In this document: positions 49,256 to 61,914 of the stretch, one piece after another
How the letters are laid out: each line of letters begins with the position of its first letter
Position numbering within the stretch: the first letter of the stretch is position 1
From: Eledone cirrhosa
Lineage: Eukaryota
DNA: 64,000 bases
Reading direction: 5' to 3'
Assembly: GCA_964016885.1 (NCBI GenBank)
Contig: OZ024745.1
Location: 124,124,001-124,188,000 of the forward strand
Position numbers and translations under genes: made by a program
Notes under the pieces: generated by a model
What the model saw: only the letters and a program-made list of their open reading frames with translations
Told to the model about the DNA's origin: nothing
Database searches by the model: none

Positions 49256-51372
49256 AGTTGTGAGGGTACTGAGTGACATGGAGTAAACCTCATCTGTGGT
49301 TGTGAGGGTACTGAGTGACATGGAGTAAACCTCATCTGTGGTTGTGAGGGCACTGAGTGACATGGAGTAAACCTCATCTGTGGTAGTGAGGGTACTGAGT
49401 GACATGGAGTAAACCTCATCTGTGGTTGTGAGGGTACTGAGTAACATGGAGTAAACCTCATCTGTGGTTGTGAGGGTACTGAGTAACATGGAGTAAACCT
49501 CATCTGTGGTTGTGAGGGTACTGAGTGACATGGAGTAAACCTCATCTGTGGTTGTGAGGGTACTGAGTGACATGGAGTAAACCTCATCTGTGGTTGTGAG
49601 GGTACTGAGTGACATGGAGTAAACCTCATCTGTGGTTGTGAAGGTACTGGAGTGACATGGAGTAAACCTCATCTGTGGTTGTGAAGGTACTGAGTAACAT
49701 GGAGTAAACCTCATCTGTGGTTGTGAGGGTACTGAGTGACATGGAGTAAACCTCATCTGTGGTTGTGAGGGTACTGAGTAACATGGAGTAAACCTCATCT
49801 GTGGTTGTGAGGGTACTGAGTGACATGGAGTAAACCTCATCTGTGGTTGTGAGGGTACTGAGTGACATGGAGTAAACCTCATCTGTGGTTGTGAAGGTAC
49901 TGGAGTGACATGGAGTAAACCTCATCTGTGGTTGTGAGGGTACTGAGTAACATGGAGTAAACCTCATCTGTGGTTGTGAGGGTACTGAGTGACATGGACT
50001 AAACCTCATCTGTGGTTGTGAGGGTACTGAGTGACATGGAGTAAACCTCATCTGTGGTTGTGAGGGTACTGGAGTGACATGGAGTAAACCTCATCTGTGG
50101 TTGTGAAGGTACTGAGTAACATGGAGTAAACCTCATCTGTGGTTGTGAGGGTACTGAGTAACATGGAGTAAACCTCATCTGTGGTTGTGAAGGTACTGAG
50201 TGACATGGAGTAAACCTCATCTGTGGTTGTGAGGGTACTGAGTAACATGGAGTAAACCTCATCTGTGGTTGTGAGGGTACTGGAGTAACATGGAGTAAAC
50301 CTCATCTGTGGTTGTGAGGGTACTGGAGTGACATGGAGTAAACCTCATCTGTGGTTGTGAAGGTACTGAGTGACATGGAGTAAACCTCATCTGTGGTTGT
50401 GAGGGTACTGAGTAACATGGAGTAAACCTCATCTGTGGTTGTGAGGGTACTGAGTGACACGGAGTAAACCTCATCTGTGGTTGTGAGGGTACTGAGTAAC
50501 ATGGAGTAAACCTCATCTGTGGTTGTGAGGGTACTGAGTAACATGGAGTAAACCTCATCTGTGGTTGTGAGGGTACTGAGTGACACGGAGTAAACCTCAT
50601 CTGTGGTTGTGAGGGTACTAAGTGACACGGAGTAAACCTCATCTGTGGTTGTGAAGGTACTGAGTGACATGGAGTAAACCTCATCTGTGGTTGTGAAGGT
50701 ACTGAGTGACATGGAGTAAACCTCATCTGTGGTTGTGAGGGTACTGAGTGACACGGAGTAAACCTCATCTGTGGTTGTGAGGGTACTGAGTAACATGGAG
50801 TAAACCTCATCTGTGGTTGTGAGGGTACTGAGTAACATGGAGTAAACCTCATCTGTGGTTGTGAGGGTACTGAGTGACATGGAGTAAACCTCATCTGTGG
50901 TTGTGAGGGTACTGAGTGACATGGAGTAAACCTCATCTGTGGTTGTGAGGGTACTGGAGTGACATGGAGTAAACCTCATCTGTGGTTGTGAGGGTACTGG
51001 AGTGACATGGAGTAAACCTCATCTGTGGTTGTGAGGGTACTGGAATGACATGGAGTAAACCTCATCTGTGGTTGTGAGGGTACTGGAGTGACATGGAGTA
51101 AACCTCATCTGTGGTTGTGAGGGTACTGAGTGACATGGAGTAAACCTCATCTGTGGTTGTGAGGGTACTGAGTGACATGGAGTAAACCTCATGTGTGGTT
51201 GTGAGGGTACTGGAGTGACATGGAGTAAACCTCATCTGTGGTTGTGAGGGTACTGGAGTGACATGGAGTAAACCTCATCTGTGGTTGTGAGGGTACTGGA
51301 GTGACATGGAGTAAACCTCATCTGTGGTTGTGAGGGTACTGAGTAACATGGAGTAAACCTCATCTGTGGTTG
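49256..51372. repeat. minisatellite, 42/43-bp unit, ~50 copies
   Basis: Unit GTGGTTGTGAGGGTACT(G)GAGT(G/A)ACATGGAGTAAACCTCATCT. Confidence 0.98.
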
Positions 51373-51439
51373 GGTAACGTTAATTTGCAGACAGGATGTG
51401 AATTGATAATGTGTGTTGGAGGTGAACATTTATGATGTG

Positions 51440-51737
51440 CTGATAAAGAGTTTGATTCTTGGACTGGGTGATGCGTTGTGTTCTTGAGCAAGACACTTTA
51501 TTTCATGTTGCTCCAGTTTCTCAGCTGTAGAAATGAGTTGTGATATCACAGGTGCCAAACTGTATCAGCCATTGCCTTCCCCTTGGACATCATCGGTGGC
51601 ATGGAGAGGGGAGACTGGCATGTATGGGTGACTATTGGTCTTCCACAAACAACCTTGCCCGTCTTGTGCCTTGTAGGGGAACTTTCTAGGTGCAAATCCC
51701 ATGGTCATTTGTGACCAAAGGTGGTCTTTACCCTACC
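51440..51737 (+). mobile_element. CORE-like SINE with an unrelated tail
   Basis: Core TTCTTGAGCAAGACACTTTATTTCATGTTGCTCCAG..GCTGTAGAAATGAG followed by a different 3' part. Confidence 0.7.
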
Positions 51738-51955
51738 ATAATTCTAATGAAAGAGTTTACCTATGATTTTCAAAAGATTTTGTAAATAAGGAAGAATTTA
51801 AAGGTATTTCATGACATGTCCAACTTTCTCATGATTAAGCTGTTGTTTGGAGCATAACTTAACAACATTAAGAATATTCGGTTTATTTTCTTCACATATT
51901 GTCCAGGCATGCAGTTTTTAGGTCTATTGGCAGCCCACGTTCCAAAACACCTTAT

Positions 51956-51983
51956 CCCGTGCAACGCCGGGTACCATTGTTAG
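51956..51983 (+). mobile_element. Helitron 3' terminus
   Basis: Hairpin CCCGTGCAACGCCGGG, 8-nt spacer, TTAG|T (degenerate CTAG|T). Confidence 0.6.
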
Positions 51984-52304
51984 TATATTATATATACAAT
52001 ACCATTACACTATTAGGTAATGGTATTATGTTCACTATTGTTATAATCATCAGCAATGATAAGGACCTTCTTTCTCCCTCACTCTCCTCCTCTGCATCTT
52101 TATCATAAAGCCTATCAACTGTAGGAAAGGCAATGTTGAACACTATGCCAAGCATTAGAGACTTCATCAAGGCTATGAAGTCATTGTTGTCTGAGTGTGC
52201 CTGCATATGCAATTTTAAGATGTACAGATCATGAAACCAGTATATAAATGTGTATGTATGTGCTTGTGTATCTTTCTATGAATATGTTTATCTATGTTTA
52301 TGGC

Positions 52305-53705
52305 AAAAGTGCCCAGCTTGCACTGTAAAGTGTCATGGTGAAAAGCACCCAATCCACACTGTAAAATGGTCAGGTAGGTGCCATGACAAAAAGCACCCAA
52401 TCCACACTGTAAAATGGTCAGGTAGGTGCCATGACAAAAAGCACCCAATCCACACTGTAAAATGGTCATGTAGGTGCTATGACAAAAAGCACCCAATCCA
52501 CACTGTAAAATGATCATATAGGTGCCATGAGAAAAAGCACCCAATCCACACTGTAAAATGGTCATGTAGGTGCCATGAGAAAAAGCACCCAATCCACACT
52601 GTAAAATGGTCTTGTAGGTGCCATGACAAAAAGCACCCAATCCACACTGTAAAATGGTCAGGTAGGTGCCATGACAAAAAGCACCCAATCCACACTGTAA
52701 AATGGTCAGGTAGGTGCCATGACAAAAAGCACCCAATCCACACTGTAAAATGATCATATAGGTGCCATGAGAAAAAGCACCCAATCCACACTGTAAAATG
52801 GTCAGGTAGGTGCCATGACAAAAAGCACCCAATCCACACTGTAAAATGGTCAGGTAGGTGCCATGACAAAAAGCACCCAATCCACACTGTAAAATGATCA
52901 TATAGGTGCCATGAGAAAAAGCACCCAATCCACACTGTAAAATGGTCTTGTAGGTGCCATGACAAAAAGCACCCAATCCACACTGTAAAATGGTCAGGTA
53001 GGTGCCATGACAAAAAGCACCCAATCCACACTGTAAAATGGTCAGGTAGGTGCCATGACAAAAAGCACCCAATCCACACTGTAAAATGATCATATAGGTG
53101 CCATGAGAAAAAGCACCCAATCCACACTGTAAAATGGTCAGGTAGGTGCCATGACAAAAAGCACCCAATCCACACTGTAAAATGATCATATAGGTGCCAT
53201 GAGAAAAAGCACCCAATCCACACTGTAAAATGGTCAGGTAGGTGCCATGACAAAAAGCACCCAATCCACACTGTAAAATGGTCATGTAGGTGCTATGACA
53301 AAAAGCACCCAATCCACACTGTAAAATGATCATATAGGTGCCATGAGAAAAAGCACCCAATCCACACTGTAAAATGGTCAGGTAGGTGCCATGACAAAAA
53401 GCACCCAATCCACACTGTAAAATGGTCAGGTAGGTGCCATGAGAAAAAGCACCCAATCCACACTGTAAAATGGTCTTGTAGGTGCCATGACAAAACACAT
53501 CCAATCCACACGGTAAAATGGTCATGTAGGTGCCATGACAAAACACACCCAATCCACACTGTAAAATGGTCATGTAGGTGCCATCACAAAAAGCACCCAG
53601 TACTCACTGTAAAGTGGTCATGTAGGCACCATGACAAAAAGCACCCAGTACTCACTGTAAAGTGGTCATGTAGGCACCATGACAAAAAGCACCCAGTACT
53701 CGTTG
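52305..53705. repeat. minisatellite, 48-bp unit, ~29 copies, derived from the RTE-B 3'UTR/SINE tail
   Basis: Unit AAAAGCACCCAATCCACACTGTAAAATGGTCAGGTAGGTGCCATGACA; runs into the normal tail (AGGAAGGGCATCC..AACCCATGCTAG) at 53705-53840. Confidence 0.97.
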
Positions 53706-54462
53706 TAAATGAGGTTGGCACTAGGAAGGGCATCCAGCTGTAGAAATCAAGCCAAAATCAGTTCTGAATGAGCATGACATGGTCACCTGATCTAGCATTG
53801 CTCACAACAGGATAACTTGTCTAACCCATGCTAGAGCGGAAAATATGTTTATGTGAGCAGGTGATATAATCATTCACTGAACTTCTGTTTCTTTTTAAGT
53901 TTGTGTGTGTATTTTCATTTCTACTCTACCTTCAGCAGGAAGAAGGCTATTTTTATAGAAAAAAAAAGTGTTTATGTGATAACTCATTTAGCTTATCAGT
54001 TAGAACAACTTTAGTTCCAAAACTTAGCCAATTCATGCCAATCTGACACCAAGCAAAAAATAAAACAATAAGATAGAAAGACAATGATTAAATGCAGGTA
54101 ATGTCTTCATTTAACTAATGAGGTAATTTTTGTTTTTATTTTATTAATTGTTTTGCTTATAATTTATTTTGTTGTTACATTTCTAAATGATTTAACATCT
54201 GAAAAGCCGCATTAGCATTAGAACATATTTGCATTACCTGGAAGCAAAGTATTATTTATATATATTCTAGCTGCTAATACTAAAGAGAAGCAAATGATTA
54301 TAATTAATCCAGCAATGTACAATATATTCACTGAAGTATATATTTTTAAAAGAATTCTATTACCAACCTCAATATCAATGTAAGAGAGCTTTATACATTT
54401 CAGAATTATTGTTCATCATCAACAATATTTACAAGGAGATACTGAGGTATGAAAGACCTTAA

Positions 54463-54681
54463 CCCTTTAGCATTTAAACTGACCATATCTGGCCAGAATT
54501 CTCTCCTCTTTCTGTTCAAACTGGCCACAACTTACTACTCATACTTATGTTAAAGTATTGTTCTCAAAATGAATTATATCAAAACTTTGTAGATTTGATA
54601 TTATGTGAGATAATTATGAGAAATAAAGTGTTTGTTGTTAAAATACAAAAGTAAATATAGAGTAATGTAAAGGCTAAAGAG
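54463..54681. mobile_element. piggyBac-type MITE family P
   Basis: TTAA-CCCTTTAGCATT ... CTAAAGAG-TTAA. Confidence 0.85.
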
Positions 54682-54693
54682 TTAAACTCTTTA

Positions 54694-55090
54694 CTGGCAG
54701 AAAGAGTGACAGGACATAAAGTGTCTTGTTCAAGAAATTTTATGAAAATGAAAAGGGAGAAAATTAGCGATGGAAATATAAACGTTATATAGCGATACAA
54801 ATCTATGAACGTTTATATAAGCATTGTCATATAGCGTACGGTGAAGTGTTATGATTTAACGGACGATAACGGAAGTTGACATTTGAAAATTTTAAAAGAA
54901 ATGAATCTTGAAATAAGAAATACATTATATATAAAAATATTTATGGTTAATCAAGAGCTATGAAATTTATTAGATAAATTATGTAATATTCATTCATAAT
55001 TTATTCAAAGTAATCCAACTTATTTTAATAACGTGATAAAAAATATAAAGAGGACATAGTTTTGCAGTTCTCCAGTCATTATACATAAGA
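54694..55090 (-). mobile_element. non-autonomous Helitron, copy 2
   Basis: Body homologous to 5270-5490; minus strand A|TCTTATGTATAATG ... CTGCCAG|T. Confidence 0.65.
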
Positions 55091-55194
55091 TATTACTGGG
55101 ATTTTATTTTCTAGTTCCCCAAGAGGATGAAATACAAGGTCATGGCACCCAGTTTAGTAAATCTGCCAGACATCAAGGTGATATATTTTCTTAA

Positions 55195-55608
55195 CCCTTT
55201 AGCATTTAAACTGGCCATATCCAGCCAGAATTCTCTCATCTTTATATGTTCAAACTGGTCATAACCAGCCGCTCATACTGATGTTAAGGTATTGTTCTCA
55301 AAATAGATAATATCAAAATCTCATAGATTCGATATTATGTGAAAAAAGCTTTTTCTCTGAAAATATAATAGTAAATATAGAGTAATGTAAATGCTAAAGG
55401 CCTAAACCAGCTATATCCAGCCAGAATTCTTTTACCTCTTTCTGTTCAAACCAGTTGTAACCAGCCACTCATATTAATGTTAATGTATTGTTCTCAAAGT
55501 AAATATCAAAATCTTGTAGATTTGATATTATGTGAGATAATTATGTGAAATAATGCCTTTACCATGAAAATATAATAGTAAATATAAAGTAATGTAAATG
55601 CTAGAGGG
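55195..55608. mobile_element. head-to-tail dimer of family-P MITE
   Basis: Outer TTAA-CCC / GGG-TTAA; fused junction near 55400. Confidence 0.85.
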
Positions 55609-56111
55609 TTAAGTCACATCTCCTCATCCACACATTCACTCTGCCTTTCTTTCATGTTTACAGGTTTGGTACAATCAAGAAATCCCACAGTTCATTCTGT
55701 CCAACTCTCCATGTCATAACATCTCCACACATATCACATAATGTACAACCTTTACTTATTTCCACTCCTTATAATTATATTTCTCTAATACACCATGTAG
55801 TTCATCATATTGCTGTTTTGGCTTATGATTATTCTTCTGTTAACACAAATCATCTGAAGATTTGATTGTCATTTTAAATCTCATATTGTCAAATAAATAA
55901 CTATTTATACTCAATAGATGCATTCATTTTGTTCTGTTCACTGTTTGTTAATATCAAGATTGAATAAATATGAATGAGATTTTGCTGGGGACTTAATATG
56001 TTCTTGGGTATAACCCTATTTAACCCAATTAACTTCATTTCAACTAAACAACCAAATCATTACAGCAACACATATTAAACAACACAGTTTCTCTCTCAAC
56101 TCGTTCATGCT

Positions 56112-57724
56112 TCACACATATATTCCTTCTAACAATCATACATATATTCCATCTAACAATCATACATATATTCCTTCTAACAATCATACATATATTCCTT
56201 CTAACAATCACACATATATTCCTTCTAACAATCATACATATATTCCATCTAACAATCATACATATATTCCTTCTAACAATCACACATATATTCCTTCTAA
56301 CAATCATACATATATTCCTTCTAACAATCACACATATATTCCTTCAAACAATCATACATAAATTCCATCTAACAATCATACATATATTCCTTCTAACAAT
56401 CATACATATATTCCATCTAACAATCATACATATATTCCATCTAACAATCATACATATATTCCTTCTAACAATCACACATATATTCCTTCTAACAATCACA
56501 CATATATTCCTTCTAACAATCATACATATATTCCTTCTAACAATCACACATATATTCCTTCTAACAATCATACATATATTCCATCTAACAATCATACATA
56601 TATTCCTTCTAACAATCACACATATATTCCTTCTAACAATCATACATATATTCCTTCTAACAATCATACATATATTCCTTCTAACAATCACACATATATT
56701 CCTTCTAACAATCATACATATATTCCATCTAACAATCATACATATATTCCTTCTAACAATCATACATATATTCCTTCTAACAATCATACATATATTCCTT
56801 CTAACAATCATAGATATATTCCTTCAAACAATCATACATAAATTCCTTCTAACAATCATAGATATATTCCTTCTAACAATCATACATATATTCCTTCTAA
56901 CAATCATACATATATTCCTTCTAACAATCATAGATATATTCCATCTAACAATCATACATATAATCCTTCTAACAATCATACATATAATCCTTCTAACAAT
57001 CATACATATATTCCATCTAACAATCATACATATATTCCTTCTAACAATCATACATATATTCCTTCTAACAATCACACATATATTCCTTCTAACAATCATA
57101 CATATATTCCTTCTAACAATCACACATATATTCCTTCTAACAATCACACATATTCCTTCTAACAATCATACATATATTCCTTCTAACAATCATAGATATA
57201 TTCCTTCAAACAATCATACATATATTCCTTCTAACAATCATAGATATATTCCTTCTAACAATCATACATATATTCCTTCAAACAATCACACATATATTCC
57301 TTCTAACAATCACACATATATTCCTTCTAACAATCATAGATATATTCCTTCAAACAATCATAGATATATTCCTTCTAACAATCATAGATATATTCCTTCT
57401 AACAATCATACATATATTCCTTCAAACAATCTCACGCATATTCCTTCAAACAATCATAGATATATTCCTTCTAACAATCATAGATATATTCCTTCTAACA
57501 ATCATACATATATTCCTTCTAACAATCATAGATATATTCCTTCTAACAATCATACATATATTCCTTCAAACAATCTCACATATATTCCTTCTAACAATCA
57601 TACATATATTCCTTCTAACAATCATACATATATTCCTTCTAACAATCACACATATATTCCTTCTATCAATCATACATATATTCCTTCTAACAATCACACA
57701 TATATTCCTTCTAACAATCATACA
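56112..57724. repeat. minisatellite, 24-bp unit, ~67 copies
   Basis: Unit CATATATTCCTTCTAACAATCATA. Confidence 0.98.
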
Positions 57725-57857
57725 TTTCTCCCTCTCTCATCATATGGTTCAATAAATAGAGATTGAGAAAATAAGTACAAGACTCGAAATATAAGTTTTG
57801 GGTTGATATGATCAACTAAATGTCTTGAATGCTCTGCCCCAACATGGCCGCCATCTG

Positions 57858-58422
57858 ATTCTTCTTGTTGTGTCCACAAGAGTGTCAGTTACAAAGCTTG
57901 GTTAGATGAGGTTCTGCCACAGCTGAACACATTACTGTCCTGTCTCATTAAACTCTGCCAAATCCAATGCTGTGCAGGGTTGTTCCAGCAGGAAGCATAT
58001 CAGGAGGCGCTGCATAGTCTGGGTTTAATGCCACAGTCACACATTTCGTCCCCATAATTTAAATATCTCCATTTTGCAAGATTGACTTTTGCACGTCCTA
58101 CACCAGATCTTAGTCTGTTTAGGCATTTCCACACTGCATAGTTTTTATCTGCTCCAGGGGGCAGTGCCCACTTGCCTTTAGCTCCATTGTTATTACTGAT
58201 GGGAGGTTAAGTTTTTCTTCCCAGTGAGTGACTCTTTCATAACTTATGCTTAATATTCCAAGGGGCACGGTGCTCTTTAGGAAACTTTTCCTGGATTTAA
58301 GGTGGCTTTTGGCTGGCAGAAGAGAGGATGTTTTTGATCTGTAGTCTGTTGTTGATGCTCTTTCTTGCTTGCTGCACTTCGTCGTATCGCCTGCTAGGAT
58401 ATACAGATGGTTGATCTGATGA
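57858..58422 (-). mobile_element. Vingi/I-group-like LINE 3' fragment, copy 2
   Basis: HLYILAG..HLKSRKSFL..WKCLNRLRSGVGRAKVNLAKW..CDCG; 3' end TGTGGACACAACAAGAAGAA as at 41290. Confidence 0.7.
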
Positions 58423-59562
58423 CTGGAAACATAGAAAAAAAAACCGAAACAAATCAAAAAATGTAATACAAGAATAAATTCTGAACAAAATATTGCAATG
58501 ATAGATTGTAATTATTTTCAATGCTAAATTATTATTTTTATGTTGTCAGTAATCTATCTGCTTAAAGCATGAAGCATGAACTCGAAGGGTAAAAGTCAAA
58601 CATATTTGGTACATTGTCATGATTTATAACCAGAGTAAAGTGGTTATTACAATAATGGTTGCATAATATTTGATTTAAAGATTTAAATAGAAAAAAATAT
58701 TAAAACAACAACAACAAAAAAAAAAACAACAAAATATAAAACAAAACTAATAAAAATAGTTTAATATTGAACATCTAAAATAGATTTTTCCCTTTAGAAA
58801 TGTTTTTATATTAATTTTACATTTATCTTTATGCTACCGTTCACATATTTTGTTAAAACAGTCAATCTCAGGCTTCATAGATTATAGATGAAATTGATGT
58901 CATAAAAGGATATATTTTTAAAATTAAAATACTAAAAAGAAATGCATTAAATAACAAAATTAAAACACGTTCTGAGCAAATTTGAAATTTCTTTTTGAGT
59001 GGAAAGTGCATAACATTAGAATGTGTGTGTAGTTTGTTCGTTGGTAATGGGCCAATAACAGCTACAGTAGCAATAAGAGTGAAGCAACAGAGTAATAGGA
59101 ATAACATCCTGAGAGAAATAATTTGAGATATAAGGGTTTGCAGTTGAAGGAACTGGGAATATGAACTAATTTTGTTCATGAAGGGATAGTTACAGAATTA
59201 GACAAGGGAAGAAGAATGAGAATAAAGGGAAGTTGTGAATAGAAAAGATAATGGCCGACGAACATAACAAACACGGAACAGAAGAAGGAAGAGCATTTGT
59301 GACATAATAAGTAATAGAGAATTAGATAAACAAGGAGAATGAGAGAGAGAGAGAGAGATACAGAGAGAAAAAAATGAGGTGAGTAGGAGTAAACTTGTAA
59401 TAAGAACAAGTGGATGTATGAGAAGAAGCAGATGTAGGAAGCGAGACAAAACAAAAGTAGCATGATGGGGTTGTGAGCATCATAGTGAAAGTGAGAAAAT
59501 GGATAAGAGATAAAGAGTATTAGAGAGTCAGTTAGCAGATGATGAGCTAACATATAGCTTAC

Positions 59563-59660
59563 ATAATTTGATGATACTGCTTTGAGGCAATGCCAAAAGC
59601 TTAGCAGCGATCAATTTAAGTTTGGTCCGGTCGATTTCTTTTATCAGTTCTTCAATGGAT
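59563..59660 (-). CDS. candidate internal exon of an unidentified gene (98 nt, phase 2 to 1)
   Basis: TTCTTGTTATTCAAATAG acceptor, GTAAGC donor; SIEELIKEIDRTKLKLIAAKLLALPQSSIIKL; retains CpG codons; frame also open ~33 codons further upstream. Confidence 0.5.
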
Positions 59661-60071
59661 CTATTTGAATAACAAGAAATTAGTGTATTTTTAAATTTCT
59701 TCACAGCTTCAGCTGTTCTGCTTGAATTAATTCCCTCTCCATCTTTTAAATCATTATAAGCTTAAGAACTCCATAATACCTTAACAAGTATCCATGAAAA
59801 TTCATAGAATTCTTGCCCAAAGCTGACACAAGCTTTCAATGAATATTTCAATGAAATTAGATCATGATTAGGAAGTAATACGTTATTAAATTTTATATAT
59901 ATTATAACATATATATCTATCTTTCTATACATGCATGCATACTTACTTTCATACAAATATGTCTTAGTTAGATTTCTGTCTGTACCAGATCAAATTATCT
60001 GAATAGTGGCACGCATTCACACATATAGTGATTTTTCAATGTGTAATTTTTTTTCTCTTTAGTCACTCCCG

Positions 60072-60103
<32 letters not shown>

Positions 60104-60196
60104 GTGTGTGTATATATATATATATAAGTTTATCCCGGGTTCATTCAGGGGTAACCACAGTAAGTAAGGTACTCAATACATAGCAGAGTATAAAAA

Positions 60197-60241
60197 TTCC
60201 TGATGATTTCTCCTGAATGAAACAGCTCTAATCCTGTAGAA
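60197..60241 (+). ncRNA. hammerhead family H3 copy with truncated stem I
   Basis: TTC-CTGATGA-tttctcctgaat-GAAA-CAG..CTG-TA-GAA; inverted tail at 60126-60195 as at 32105. Confidence 0.6.
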
Positions 60242-60730
60242 GCCATTTATACATTATATATATATATGTATCCATATATGGTTGATGGCTGAGAGTAAAG
60301 AGTACTCAATTCTGAAGTAGAGTTTTCATATTCATTTTATTGAGGCTAAATATTGAGTTGTGTTACTCTGGAGTTTCACCTGTTTATGACAGGGTTATGT
60401 TGGTTTCCAACTGTTTATGGTGGGGGCCGATGATGTTGTCAGAACTGAATGTAACCCTTAAGAGATGGTTCAGTAACCTTAGGCAATGAGTTCTATAGTT
60501 TATGTGGTAAGCACTCATCATGTAATGTTTCCTCGAAGATTCTGCTCAAGCTACAGAGTCATTTATAGATATATATATATATAAAATCAGAATGTTGTAT
60601 TGTAATGTCTACGCCATTTTTCAGAATGGATGCAGTAAAAACCAGTTAGAGTATTCCTGACCACAGTACCCGATACTTGGGGTAATATAAAAAATTTGGG
60701 ACCCTGATGGCTGAACTCCCGCCATTTTTT

Positions 60731-60765
<35 letters not shown>

Positions 60766-60788
60766 CCTTGTTTGTATAAATGTATGTA

Positions 60789-60840
<52 letters not shown>

Positions 60841-60907
60841 CAAATAACATTGTGAAAGATGCTGTGATTACATAATTCATAATAATTATTTTTATGGCAA
60901 CCCTTAC

Positions 60908-61063
60908 GCAATCCAAGATGGAGTATTTACATTTGTTGCTGGCATGGTAGCGATTTCTTCAGATAAACGTTCCTTTATGAGATATGCTGCAGGCAAAAAC
61001 ATATTCTTCTTCTTGTGTACCCAGCAAGTATGTGAGTTCCGAAAAGAGTCCTTCCAGCTATAT
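60908..61063 (-). CDS. candidate internal exon (156 nt; alternative acceptor gives 60908-60986)
   Basis: Single open frame YSWKDSFRNSHTCWVHKKKNMFLPAAYLIKERLSEEIATMPATNVNTPSWIA; donor GC|GTAAGG in phase 2 matches the next exon. Confidence 0.5.
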
Positions 61064-61071
61064 CTGTTTAA

Positions 61072-61379
61072 CCCTTTAGCATTTAAACCGTCCATATCCG
61101 GCCAGAAATCTCTCACCTCTTTCTGTTCAAACCAGCAGTAACTGGCTGCTCATACTGACGTTAAGGTATTGTTCACAAAATAAATAACATCAAAATCTCA
61201 TAGATTTGATATTATATGAGATAATTATGCAAGATAAAAACTGTGAAAAGTATATATAAAGTATATATAAAGTATATATAAAGTATATATAAAGTATATA
61301 TAAAGTATATATAAAGTATATATAAAGTATATATAAAGTATATATAAAGTATTTATAAAGTAATGTGAATGCTAAAGGG
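61072..61379. mobile_element. piggyBac-type MITE family P with internal 11-bp expansion
   Basis: TTAA TSD at 61068-61071 and 61380-61383; about 10 copies of AAAGTATATAT at 61247-61360. Confidence 0.9.
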
Positions 61380-61800
61380 TTAAAATTTGTGGAATGAGGT
61401 GTGATTTATGTGTCAACTAGCAATCCTGACTTCCGCAACTGTCTGTAGTCTCAAGGTTGTAAATTATCAAAAGTTATTTTTATCTTATATGAGGGTAGGA
61501 AGGTGGTCAGAATTGCAGACATTTAGTCTAGGAGCACCCGGTTTCTGTATTTGATTAGCTAGTGGGTGCAATGAAAAAGCTTTGAGGGTGGGTGATAGAA
61601 CCATGGTGATGACAGCTACAACCATAACAACAATAACAACAACATTGACAATAGCATCTAATACAGCCACAACAATGAGGACAACAATAACAGCTGCAGC
61701 AACAACAACAACACTAATAGCCACTATCACAACAACAATGATGATAATAATAATTTTAATGCCATGTTTATGTATACATATATGTGTATATGCATATATG

Positions 61801-61831
<31 letters not shown>

Positions 61832-61914
61832 ATGTATATGTGTATGTATTATAGTATATGTATTATATATGTGTCCTACACATGGAAGATCGACATTAAA
61901 CGATGATAATGATA

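Noticed and set aside
52068-52202. Minus-strand frame AHSDNNDFIALMKSL..EEESEGERR after a CAG
   Set aside because: Poor pyrimidine tract and weak donor (GTCCTT); kept only as a remote possibility.
49256-53705. 42-bp and 48-bp arrays as CRISPR arrays or repetitive proteins (452-aa ORF)
   Set aside because: No unique spacers, no cas genes, eukaryotic context; the ORFs arise because unit lengths are multiples of 3.
56044-57165. ORFs of IVRRNICM / HTYIPSNN repeats
   Set aside because: Translation of the 24-bp minisatellite.
60280-60730. Further hammerhead candidates (GAAA-CTC-CA-GAG-TA on minus; CTGATGG on plus)
   Set aside because: Only half of the catalytic core is present in each; counted as remnants, not ribozymes.
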